Shown here: positions 9,675-20,328 of the stretch, piece after piece
Position numbering within the stretch: position 1 is the first letter of the stretch
Layout of the letters: every line of letters begins with the position of its first letter
DNA from: Octopus bimaculoides
Lineage: Eukaryota
Length of the DNA: 38,096 nucleotides
Assembly: GCF_001194135.2 (NCBI RefSeq)
Contig: NC_069007.1
Coordinates: forward strand, 10,091,415-10,129,510
Direction: 5' to 3'
Translations under genes and position numbers: made by a program
The notes under the pieces: generated by a model
Told to the model about the DNA's origin: nothing
Seen by the model: the letters and a program-made list of their open reading frames with translations, nothing else
Database searches by the model: none

Positions 9675-9929
9675 CCTCCAGATGCCACCTTTATCAGGAG
9701 TGAATGGTATACCATCGTTACTTTGGACAGCCGCAAGTCTGCGGAGGAAAGAATAATCCTCCATCAAAATATTCTGAGATTTTACAAGGATCACAACAGT
9801 TTCGGCTATTTTACTGCCAACATTTCCTTCTATGAGTGTATGGTCAATGGAGAATCCTTCACAGAAAGGAACCAGGACAAGATACAATACATGGAAATAT
9901 CTGATTGTGGTAGAATGCTGCGGTGCCAT
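9675..9929 (-). CDS. First coding exon of lysozyme-like/chitin-binding gene (signal peptide + N-terminal half of lysozyme-like domain)
   Basis: First in-frame ATG at 9929 with an upstream in-frame TGA. The exon is opened by a long polypyrimidine tract + CAG| at 10053/10052; donor AGG|GTAAGG at 9675/9674 (phase 0). 85 aa: MAPQHSTTIRYFHVLYLVLVPFCEG/FSIDH...FLRRLAAVQSNDG...GGIWR. Confidence 0.88.
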
Positions 9930-10117
9930 GTCTTTTAGTACTGATGGCGGCAGAGTACAGATTGAATATGAGCAACAAACTGTTGAAGACTTAAATCAAA
10001 TCTGACACACAGATGGTATTTCTAAATACTAACATCTTATCATCTCAGTCATCTGAAGAAAGAAACAAAGAAATACAATAAACAACACAAGAAAATGCAA
10101 AACAAATATAAAAGAAA

Positions 10118-10436
10118 TGTGTGTGTGTGTGTGTGTGTATTTATATGTGTATATGACTTAACAATGAGGTGTATGGTTGGCTAACATTGTGTATACGCAT
10201 ATATTATAAACGTGTATGTGTGTTTGCATATATAAATGTGTCTGTGTGTGTGTGTGCACGTGTGTATGTATGTGTGTGTATGTGTGTGCGTGTGTGTTTC
10301 TATGTGTGTATGCTTGTGTGTGTACATACATACATATGTGTGCTTATTCGTTTATGAATGTTGTTAGTATTTATATAAATACACACACAGACACACACAC
10401 ACACACACACACAGACACACACACACACATACACAG

Positions 10437-10490
<54 letters not shown>
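10118..10490. repeat. Compound microsatellites (TG)n/(CA)n/(TA)n
   Basis: Direct reading. Similar blocks occur at 3385-3480, 13790-13908 and 36003-36100. Confidence 0.95.
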
Positions 10491-10491
<1 letters not shown>

Positions 10492-11002
10492 CATAAGGAA
10501 ATAATGTAAAAAAATATGAAAACTTGACTAAAATGGTTCAGTATAGCAATCTAATTGTAATCTTAATTAACCATAAAAAGTAGATATTTTCAGGTGTTAT
10601 CAGGTATTATCAGGTGTTATTTTTATAATTATTTAAATATATTTTATTATAATCTGCCTGAATGACAAGGAAAAACTAATTACAACCATTAAAACATTTA
10701 CCTAATTATAACACATATATTCTGTTTCATTCCATAATTAATTATTGCTGTATTATTAAAACCATCTCAGAATGGTGAATTCACAAAATCAGTAGAGCAC
10801 CAGACAAAATATCTTGTGCTGTATATAGTTATGACTTTTTTTATCGTTTTTTTTTAATCATTTTAGTCATTGGGTTGTGGCCAAGCTGGGGCATCACCTT
10901 GAAGGGTTTAGTCTGACAAATTGGCTCCAGTATCTATATTTTTTTAAAACTGGTCCTTATTCTGTTGGTCCCTTTTGGCAAACTGCTAAAATGATATGTT
11001 CA

Positions 11003-11480
11003 TCATCCTCATCATCATCATCATCATCATCGTTTAACATCCGCTTTCCATACTAGCATGGGTTGGACGATTTGACTGAGGACTGGTGAAACCAGATGGC
11101 TACACCAAGCTCCAATCTGATTTGGCAGAGTTTCTACAGCTGGATGCCCTTCCTAACGCCAACCACTCCGAGAGTGTAGTGGGTGCTTTTACGTGCCACC
11201 GGCACGAAGGCCAGTCAGGAGGTACTGGCAATGGCCACGCTCAAAATGGTGTATTTTATGTGCCACCTGCACAGGAGCCAGTCCAGCGGTACTGGCAACG
11301 AACTCGCTCGAATGTCTTTTCACGTGCCACTGGCACAAGTGCCAGGAAGGCGATGTTGGTAACGATCCCGCTCAAATGGTGCTATTTATGTGCCACCAGC
11401 ATGGAAGCCAGACAGCTGGTGCTCTGGCAACGATCACGCTCAGACGGTGCTCTTAGTGATCTACTGGTACAGGTGCCATC
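11003..11480 (-). mobile_element. Non-autonomous retroposon (Meta-SINE/RTE-tail-like) with (GAT)n tail and internal ~66-bp minisatellite
   Basis: Minus strand: repeat units, then GTTGGCGTTAGGAAGGGCATCCAGCTGTAGAAAC...GATGTTAAACGATGATGATG tail. GTGCCAC unit starts at 11193, 11260, 11324 and 11390, with a degenerate unit near 11456. Confidence 0.7.
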
Positions 11481-11859
11481 GTGAAAAAATAACACTATGT
11501 AACTTGATTTTTGTCCTTGGGCAGCAACCGCTATTTCCTATTTGCTTATCTCTAGAAAGTATGAAAAATGGCTAATGTTACCTTCAAACTTTGCTTTTGT
11601 CACATTTATTCAAACCCCTCAAAGAATTCCTCTCAACACATGACTACTATGCACCACCAATACTCCTGTTCATCATCAGAGATGTGCATATTGTCAGCCA
11701 CTCACAAGGCTTTGGTTAGTCCAAGGCTATAGTAGTATGAAGTTGCTGGCCTTGTGCCAAAATTTGAAATCTATATATATATATATATATGTGTGTGTGT
11801 GAATATATGTATGTGTATATCTATGTATGTATGTATGTATATTTGTGTGTTTTTGTGTA

Positions 11860-12066
11860 TGAGTTTGTCCCACAACACTACCTGCCAACCAGTGTTGGTT
11901 TATTTAAATCCCTGTAACTTAATTATTTGGTAAAAAAAAGACCAACAGAATACGTACCAAGGCTTAAAAAAGGGGGAAAAAATCTTGGGTTTGAGCCATT
12001 CAACGAAAAACTCTTCAAGGCAGTGCCCCAGCATGGCCGCAGTCAAATGACTGAAACAAGCAAAAG
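11860..12066 (+). mobile_element. SINE family A, 3' half
   Basis: GTTTGTCCCACAACAC...CCCCAGCATGGCCGCAGTCAAATGACTGAAACAAG. Confidence 0.75.
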
Positions 12067-12371
12067 ATAGACCTAACAACAGCATAATTCCTATGACGGG
12101 AGACACATTTAAACCAGAATATAAATAAAATACAAGAGACAATATGTACAAAAGCTAGAATGTATATCATATCAAATGTATATCTTCTTATGATAAGAAG
12201 GAACATCACCTGTTGTGATTTGTCCCTGCATCTGAGATTACATCAACATACATTTATGTTAAACTAGTTTATTTTAGTGTATAATAAATTAATTTACATG
12301 TCTCAACTAGTGTGTATGTTATAAATTGTATAGTACTATTCTATATTTTATAAGCTAATGTGGGTAGAGAA

Positions 12372-12580
12372 GGCTAGCTCTTCAGATCAACAGAATATAA
12401 TGCTTAACGGTATTTCGTCTGTCTTTATGTTTTGAGTTCAAATTCTGGCAAGGTCAACTTTGCATTTCATCCTTTCAGGGTCGATAATTTAAGTACCAAT
12501 TGCATACTGGGGTTGATCTAATCGACTGGCCCCGCCTCTCCAAAAATTTCGGGCCTTGTGCTTAGAGTGGAAAAGAATAT
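12372..12580 (+). mobile_element. SINE family B
   Basis: GGTATTTCGTCTGTCTTTATGTTTTGAGTTCAAATTC...TTTCATCCTTTCAGGGTCGATAATTTAAGTACC...GGCCTTGTGCTTAGAGTGGAAAAGAATA. Confidence 0.85.
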
Positions 12581-13908
12581 AATGGTTACATCAATTTTCA
12601 ACTTGCTTTTGCAAAACAGCTGTCATCGTATGGATAACAACTGGTGACATAATTATATTCATCTCATATCCCCTGACTTTCTTTATATTCTATATACTCC
12701 TCGTGAAATAACCATTACTGACTGGATTTACTGAATTTTGACTACATAGGACCCTACATTACACCCCTTTGTATTAGTTTCCTATGGGGTTTGTGGCCTG
12801 GTCCACTAAAGGAGCTTTTTATTGTGATCACCACTAGATTAAATAAATCCATATATTGTGCATTAAACTTATATATATATATATATATATATTCGGTGTG
12901 CATTCAAAGCAATGATTAGTAATATTACGAAACTGGTATGCTTTTAAATCTCTTTAACAACTCACAATAATGACTTTCATTACTTTTATTCCTACCTCAG
13001 TTCATCTAATTGTATATATCTATCGTTACTTTTCATAAAAAGCTTTAACTTTTTTTTATTACCAATGTGCATTTTCGTTTATTTTTCTGCTTACTTTCCC
13101 TTACATTTCCACATGTAGTTTCTATTTTGGTTTTGTAACATTTTTCTATTATATATATATATATATATATATATGTGTGACAGTGGATTTTCATCGATGA
13201 GTTCATAAACCTTGGTTCTTTTCCCTAATACTATATATTGATATATATTTTATACTGTGAAGCTTAATTTAATTTTAATTTTTAATAAATTGATTTTAAT
13301 TGAGTTTTTACCTGTAATTTTGGATTTTCTCCCTAATATTACTATTATATATATATATACATACATACAGACAGACAGATACAACTTTCTCTCTATTGTC
13401 TTTACTTTCAATAGACAAACAGACAGATAGATAGACAGTACCATAAATAAACCAAATTTGTCATTACATGAAGGAAGCGGACATAAATAAGTAGCCATTT
13501 CATGGAAGATTAAATAGGAACATATTCTCTGGAATTAATTTGGGATGAAGCTTTAAACATAACCTGCTTCATCATAGTTGTAAAACAACGGATAAAAGTA
13601 TGAGCTAGCCTTGAAGCAAAAGTATATTTTTGTTTGGATATAGATTTTAACTTTTGCTATTCTAAATATGACTAATAGCAAAGCTAACAAGAGACTCAAA
13701 GCAGTCATTCAATCTGCAAGAAATAGCAAACTCAAACTTCTTGCCCATGCCAATATATATCTATATTCTATATCTCTATATGTGTGCACATGCGTGTGTG
13801 TGTGTGTGCATAGTATGTATGTATGTATATATGTATGTATGTATGTGTGTGTGTATGCAGGTATGTGTGTGTATGTATGTATGTATGTATGTATGTATGT
13901 ATGTATGT

Positions 13909-14310
13909 AGTTTTGCAAATGGGGAACTTGTGAATGGAAAGAGACCCAGGTTGCAATTTAAGGACTGTGTCAAGTCCTCATTAAAGGCCTGTGATATGCA
14001 GGAGACTGACTGGGAGAACAATGCCTGTCATCACTACAGATGGAGGAAGCAAGTTAAGGAGGGGTTTGACACCTTTGAGAAGCACATATTCTGCATGAAG
14101 AACTTAAGTGTGCTGCTCAAAAGCACACTGCTGGTGTAGTGAATGGGGAAAGTTTGGTTTACAATGTTTGCATTCGTGTATGCTTGTTAAGAGCAGGGCT
14201 CATTAGCCCCCCAACGGAGCTGCAAATGCAAAATATTAGTTAGTCCTTGAATGCACAATGTTCCTAAAAGTCAGCAATGGTCTTCCTCGGTCACAAGTGG
14301 ACAGCCATCA
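13909..14310 (+). mobile_element. RTE-BovB-like LINE 3' end relic (post-RT C-terminus + 3' UTR)
   Basis: Translates GELVNGKRPRLQFKDCVKSSLKACDMQETDWENNACHHYRWRKQVKEGFDTFE, the typical RTE GKR..GRP..R(Y/F)KD...WE..A.DR..WR motif. A decayed C-terminal Cys/His motif follows (CIRVCLLRAGLIS). Confidence 0.75.
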
Positions 14311-15671
14311 CTTATACATGTATATATTAATAATCAGAAGTCACAGAGTAACTCAAGGGTCAATAGTTTCGTGCATTGGCCAACACATAAAACTTTCAGC
14401 ACCTGAGTCACTCTCTAATTTCTATTGATTATTTATAAAAAGAATGTGTGTGTACGTATGTGAGCATGTGAGTGTGTGTTTAACATAGGTGACAGGTATT
14501 GTTTTTTCAAGAAATTTTTCAACTTTGACCCGGTTAATTGTGGTCGCTAATAAAATATCTGGATAACTTTTGGTGTTTGACAATCAATGTTCTTTTTTCT
14601 GCTGGATTCCAAGTCAATCTTTTCCTACACTAATGTCAAATTTGCTAATTTTTAAAAAATGATGTCTGAAATGGGGCAAAATGAGTAATGATTAATTTCA
14701 AGAATTTCTTCTTTTTAACTGCATGGTGCATAAATTTACTGGGAAAAAAGACAATCGAGGAGAATATGAAGAAGCTATAGAACTTATTTTATGTTGAGTT
14801 GATTTTTATCTAGTTGAGTTTCATTAATTTCATACCATGTTCCTCTTTCACTTGCTGTAGATATCTAAAATTTTTGCTGCATGTCTGATCTTTCTGGTGC
14901 CTAAGGAAGGATATTGATGTGTATGAGTCTTTTTGCAAATATAATTCTAGGGAATTGAAGAGGTAAATTTACCTTAACCTGTCTTACTCATTTTGCCCCA
15001 TCTAAATTTGTCTAAATCATTTCGGGTTTTTTTTTTGTTCTGTTTTTGGGTTGGTTTTTTTTTTCCTGTCTTGGATTACACTGGCGAATGTATAGTTCCG
15101 TCTATTGAAAGAGTAGGTTGTGGTTCAAATAAAAGTTGACTGCTTTTTATAGTAGGTCGAACGACAATATAGAGTAGTCCTTGGCAAACCGCAGCCCTTG
15201 GGACTTTCTGAATGGAAGGCCAACGAAAAATTACCTTGATTTTTTTCTTTTTTAGTATGGTCTGCCTGATGAGGGGTCATGTCTTTTACAGCCCATTACT
15301 CAAAAGAAAAAAAGTTGCTTCGAAGCTTCTTCGTTGGTACACAACAATTATTTTAGTAAATCATTTTTCTTTCTTTTTTTTTTCTTCTTTTTAACGGAGG
15401 TTAGATAGTGTTAAAGGAGTAAATTATTGTAACAGGGAGTTTCTGAATGTATTAAATTATGTTAGGGACATTTAACGTATGTCACCGGTGTTTTTCAGAC
15501 AAGGGAAATTCTGTCATCGACACCGCCTGCCTACCTGCTTGACATTTAATTCTGTTAATTTGATTTAATCATGTAAACAGAATTCGGTGATATCTAACGC
15601 AAGAAACTGAATTATAATCGATCATAGTCACAGACATTTCTTCTGCTTTTAAGAATTCCTGGCTAATTAAT

Positions 15672-17015
15672 ATGGAAGGCGTTAATCGTTTGGATGCTTC
15701 TGATAACACGGTTTTTAACGATGTAGATTCTGTTACACAGACATACAATGGTGAGAAACCTTTATGCGATGAAACATTTACTGATCAAAGAAATATTACG
15801 GAATATCGCTGTGATTTTTGCAGTAAAACCTTTCTTTCAGAACATGAATTATTCACACACACAGAAATACACAAGGTAAAAGTTTTCCGCTGTGATGTCT
15901 GTGGAAAATCTTTTGTTTCTAACAGTAAGTTAACAAGACACAACTTGGTCCACACGGGAGAAAAATCTTACTGTTGTGAGATATGTGGGAAATGTTTTGC
16001 CTCTAACGGCGATTTAAACAGACACAGAAGAATACACATGGGGGCAAAATCGTTCCAGTGTGACGTATGTGGGAAATCTTTTGTCTCGAATAGCGACTTA
16101 ACAAGTCATAATAGAATACATTCGGGAGGAAAGGCGTTTCACTGCGAAATATGTGGGAAATCTTTCAATTATAATTCGAAACTTGTTATCCACAGACGAA
16201 TACATACTGGAGAAAAACCGTATCACTGTGAAATATGTGGGAAATCGTTTGTCGGCAATAATTATTTGACAAGTCACAGAAGGATACATAACGAAGAAAA
16301 ACTGTTCCACTGTCAGATATGTGAAAGATCGTTCACGAAAAACTCGAACCTTGTTACCCACATTCGTAGCCATACTGGAGAAAAGCCTTTCCGCTGTGAA
16401 ATATGCGAAAAATCTTTTGTTTCTAACACCAAATTAATGACCCACAAAAGGGCGCATACTGGTGAGAAGTCCTTCCACTGTGTAATATGCGGGAAATCTT
16501 TTGTTAATAACAGTAATTTAACAAGGCATAAAATAATCCACACTGGAGAGAAGCCTTTCCACTGTGAAATATGTGGCAAATCTTTCAATTATAATTCGAA
16601 CTTTGTTGTCCACAAAAGAATACATACTGGAGAAAAACCCTATCACTGCAAAGTATGTGGAAAAGCATTTATCGATAATAGTTATTTGATCAGTCACAAA
16701 AGAATACACAACAGAGAAAAACTGTTTCATTGCGATATATGTGAAAAGTCTTTTTCTAATAATTCGAATCTTGTCATCCACAAACGAAGTCACACTGGAG
16801 AAAAACCCTATCACTGTGAGGTATGTGGGAAGTCTTACATGAATAATTCACACCTTGTCACTCACATCCGTAGCCACACTGGAGAAAAACCATACAGCTG
16901 CGAGGTCTGTGAGAAATCCTTTATCACCAACAGTCACTTAACAAGACACAAACAAATCCATACTGAACGGAAGCCTGTTAATTGCGAAACACCAGAAATC
17001 GTCTTGCAAATGTAA
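15672..17015 (+). CDS. C2H2 zinc-finger protein ZF1, 447 aa, 14 tandem fingers, single coding exon
   Basis: Uninterrupted ORF with C-x2-C-x12-H-x3-H repeats every 28 aa from finger 2 onward and TGEKP-type linkers. No recognisable N-terminal effector domain. Confidence 0.95.
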   Translation: MEGVNRLDASDNTVFNDVDSVTQTYNGEKPLCDETFTDQRNITEYRCDFCSKTFLSEHELFTHTEIHKVKVFRCDVCGKSFVSNSKLTRHNLVHTGEKSYCCEICGKCFASNGDLNRHRRIHMGAKSFQCDVCGKSFVSNSDLTSHNRIHSGGKAFHCEICGKSFNYNSKLVIHRRIHTGEKPYHCEICGKSFVGNNYLTSHRRIHNEEKLFHCQICERSFTKNSNLVTHIRSHTGEKPFRCEICEKSFVSNTKLMTHKRAHTGEKSFHCVICGKSFVNNSNLTRHKIIHTGEKPFHCEICGKSFNYNSNFVVHKRIHTGEKPYHCKVCGKAFIDNSYLISHKRIHNREKLFHCDICEKSFSNNSNLVIHKRSHTGEKPYHCEVCGKSYMNNSHLVTHIRSHTGEKPYSCEVCEKSFITNSHLTRHKQIHTERKPVNCETPEIVLQM

Positions 17016-17311
17016 ATTTCTAGTCCAACACTGTGTACACACACATAAGAGAATATGTAAAGGGAATCATTCTCATTTTGTAATCTACAAATGTATTTGC
17101 ATTTGAGGGAGAGACTTTTTTTGTAAAAATATTTGTAAATTATAAACTTGTGATTAGCAAAATGTTATTGTGAATGAAATATTTGGAGAAAAATTTAGTG
17201 TGAATTAGTCTTTTCTTGTCATCCACAAGTTTGAATACAGGCTTAAGATAAAAGAAAAAAACTGTTAGTGTGAAATGTGGTAGATATGACTTTCTTTTCT
17301 TTTTTTTTTTT

Positions 17312-17682
17312 TTACTTGTTTCAGTCTTTTGACTGTGGCCATGCTGGAGCACCGCCTTTAGTCGAGCAAATCGACCCCAGGACTTATTCTTTAGAAGCCT
17401 AGTACTTATTCTATCGGTCTCTTTTGTCGAACCGCTAAGTTACGGGGACATAAACACACCAGCATCAGTTGTCAAGCGATGTTGGGGGGGGGGGACAAAC
17501 ACAAACACACATATATACATATATACGACGGGCTTCTTTCAGTTTCCGTCTACCAAATCCACTCACATGGCTTTGGTCGGCCCGAGGCTATAGTAGAAGA
17601 CACTTGCCCAAGGTGCCACACAGTGGGACTGAACCCTGGACCATGTGGTTGGTAAGCAAGCTACTTACCACACAGCCACACC
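17312..17682 (-). mobile_element. SINE family A, full length, low divergence
   Basis: TTTACTTGTTTCAGTC...GGAGCACCGCCTTTAGTCGAGCAAATCGACCCCAGG...CTACTTACCACACAGCCAC. Confidence 0.92.
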
Positions 17683-17715
17683 TTGCTGAAAGATCCTGTA
17701 ACCATTCTTTGCCAT

Positions 17716-18770
17716 AATGGCAAGCTGGCACAATTATTACTGCATCAAACATAATACTTAGTGGTATTTCTTCTGGTTTTACATTCTAGGTTCAAATCCC
17801 ACCAAGGTCTACTTTGCCTTTCATCCTTTCAGAGTCAATAAAACTAGTATCAATCAAGCACTGGGGTTGAGGTAATTGACAACCCCCTACCCTAAAATTT
17901 CAAGTCTTGTGGTTACGGTAAAAAGAAAGGGGAAAAAATGTATTCCTCATTAAAGTTTTTTTATCGTGACACAATCTTGTCAATAATTGTCTCACATTTT
18001 GGCACAAGGCCAGCAATTTTAGGGGTCGGGTAAGTGGATTACATCAATCCCAGTACTTGGTTGGTACTATATTGTATCGACCCCATCCCAAAATGATGAA
18101 AAGCACATTTGAACTCAGAATATAAAATGTCTGAAGAAATACCACAAGGCATTTTGTCCAGCATGCTAACAATTCTTTTCTATTCAAGGCACAAGTCATG
18201 AAATTTTGGGGGTGGGGACTAGTTGATTACATTGACCCCAGTGCACAACTGGTACTTAATTTCTTGACCTCAAAAGGATGAAGGGCTAAGTCAACCTCGG
18301 CGGCAGCATGTTAACAATTCTACCAACTTGCTACTATGACAATCTCATTCATATTTGTCTACAGTAAGCTCAAGGATTGAAACTTTGTGGGAGATGGCTG
18401 ATCGATTTCATTGACCCCAGTTTTTGACTGATATTTTATTCTATAAACTCGCAAAACATGAAAACCAAAGTTGCCCTTGGCAGGTTTTGAACTCAGAATG
18501 TAAAGAGCTGGAAGAAATACCTCTAAGAATTTTGTCCGACACTATAACGATTCTGCCAGTTCACAATTCTAAATGGTGTAAGGCCTGCAATCTTAGGGAG
18601 GGGTTTAGTCAATTATATCAACCCCAGTACTTCACTGGTACCTATTTTATCGATCCCGAAAGGAAAAAAGGCAAAGTAGACCTTGGTGGGATTTGAACAC
18701 AGAACAAAGAGTCAGACGAAGTGTTGCTAAGCATTTCGTCTGACACTCTAATGACTCTGCCAGCTCACTG
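17716..18770. mobile_element. Cluster of five SINE family B copies (one plus at about 17716-17920, four minus at about 17995-18770)
   Basis: Repeated CAAGGCC...AATTTT..GG...ATT(A/G)CATTGACCCCAG...GGTACT...GGATGAA...TTTGAACTCAGAA blocks. Confidence 0.8.
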
Positions 18771-18930
18771 TCTCATTAATAACAACTGGGGTTAAAAACA
18801 CGGGTAAAACCTTATAAATGTGCAATTCATGGAAAATTATTCTCATTCAAAATCCTTGTTAGATATAAACTATTATACACAAGAAGAAAACATCACTGAG
18901 ATGATTTGTTAAAAACATTCTCAATAAATA

Positions 18931-19158
18931 TTGGGTTGTCCAGAAAGTTCGTGCCGATTTTTAAAGGAAAGAAAAAGGTCAATAAATACTTGCCATTACA
19001 TTTTTAATCAACCAAATATGAACCATTTTGTTGCACAATGCGTCTCCATCTTTCCTTTAACTGGAAAATACCCTCTTCCCAGAATTGAGGTGGTTTCATG
19101 GCAAATAAGTTGAAAGGTAAGCTACTATAAATTGGCACGAACTTTCCGGACAACCCAA
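18931..19158 (-). mobile_element. Mariner MITE / internally deleted mariner (228 bp), 30-bp TIRs
   Basis: TTGGGTTGTCCAGAAAGTTCGTGCCGATTT (18931-60) versus the reverse complement of 19129-58: 28/30 identical, with TA on the left flank. The minus strand encodes KPPQFWEEGIFQLKERWRRIVQQNGSYLVD*, a mariner C-terminus. Confidence 0.9.
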
Positions 19159-19899
19159 CAGAAGTAAAAAGGAAAAAAATTTTGTGAAATTCATGTAAAA
19201 ATCACTGAAATTTGTGACACAATATTTGCATTTATACGTAAATGGAAGTGTAATTTTATAAAAATCTTATAAAATTTTAAATCTTATATTATTTATTGGA
19301 TATGATTTCCTGAACAGTAAGATTACAATTTTCCAAAATTGGTTTATCACTGAAAACACCATAACTAAATGAATCCCAAATCATTATTTGCTTGAGAGAG
19401 GTGGAGCATCCTTATAGCTTTGTTTGTTTTTGTTTTTAATAACTAATCAGATTGCTTCCTTGATTTTGCGGAATTTAGTAGACAGGTGAATGTTTTGATG
19501 TTTTCAATCCATTGCTGGTTTACAGGATGTTCAGGCTAAATTCAACAGTTTGCATAAAAGGAAAAGAAAACCCAATAGTGTTGTAGCTGGGGATGGTCGT
19601 ATTTTTTTTGTCAGTTAACCACACACACACACACTATGTATTCGTTCTTCACTTCAGCTTTGTTATTGTGTTTAGTTTAGTGTCCTTTGCCTGAAATCTT
19701 TTGTCACACATCCTGTGACCTCTTCAGCAATTCTCCATCCTATATGTCTCTTCTCAGAAAGACAGGATGGACTAGACAGAACAGGAGGCAACACGTAGGT
19801 TGGAGAGTCGCTGAAGAGATCACAGGATGTGTGACAAAAGATTTCAGACAAAGAGCACTAAAATGATAATAATAATAATAATAATAATAATAATCCTTT

Positions 19900-20092
19900 C
19901 TATTATGGACACAGGACCTGAAATTTGGAGGAGGAGGAGGATAGTCAATTGCATCAACCCCAGTGGTACTTAATTTATTGATCCTGAAAGGATGAAAGAC
20001 AAAGTCGACTTCTGTGGAATTTGAACTCAGAACGGAGCGACGGCTAAGCATTTTGTCCAGCGTGCTAACGATTCTGCCAGCTTGCCACCTTA
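19900..20092 (-). mobile_element. SINE family B with (AAT)n tail
   Basis: GTGGTACTTAATTTATTGATCCTGAAAGGATGAAAGACAAAGTCGAC...GCTAACGATTCTGCCAGCTTGCCACCT, preceded by (TAA)n. Confidence 0.85.
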
Positions 20093-20328
20093 ATAATAAT
20101 AATAATAATGATAAGGCTGAGGTGAAGAGCAAGTATATAGTGCATATATCTAATTGGCAAAATATGACCATCCCCAAGTACAACAATATCTGTTTCAACA
20201 CACAATTCCCATCAAGAATCTTGCTAAAAAACAAATACATAAACTTGAAAACACAATATCCTATCCAAAAATAAAAATATTTTAAAAGTCAAAAGATCTC
20301 AACTAGATTATGGCTGGGAGGTACCAGT

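Noticed and set aside
9723-9938. Plus-strand 71-aa ORF (DSRKSAEERIILHQ...)
   Set aside because: It is the antisense shadow of the real minus-strand exon 9929-9675, which has splice signals and frame continuity.
11193-11480. CRISPR-like array of palindromic repeats
   Set aside because: Whole ~66-bp units are homologous, with no unique spacers; eukaryotic context and no cas genes.
15266-15300. CTGATGAGGGG...CCC second hammerhead candidate (also CTGATGA at 7413 and on the minus strand near 8600)
   Set aside because: No correctly placed GAAA or closing stems I and III could be found.
16098-16814. Minus-strand ORFs overlapping ZF1 (and 26661-27059 over ZF2, 25782-25988)
   Set aside because: Antisense or alternative-frame by-products of repetitive zinc-finger codons.
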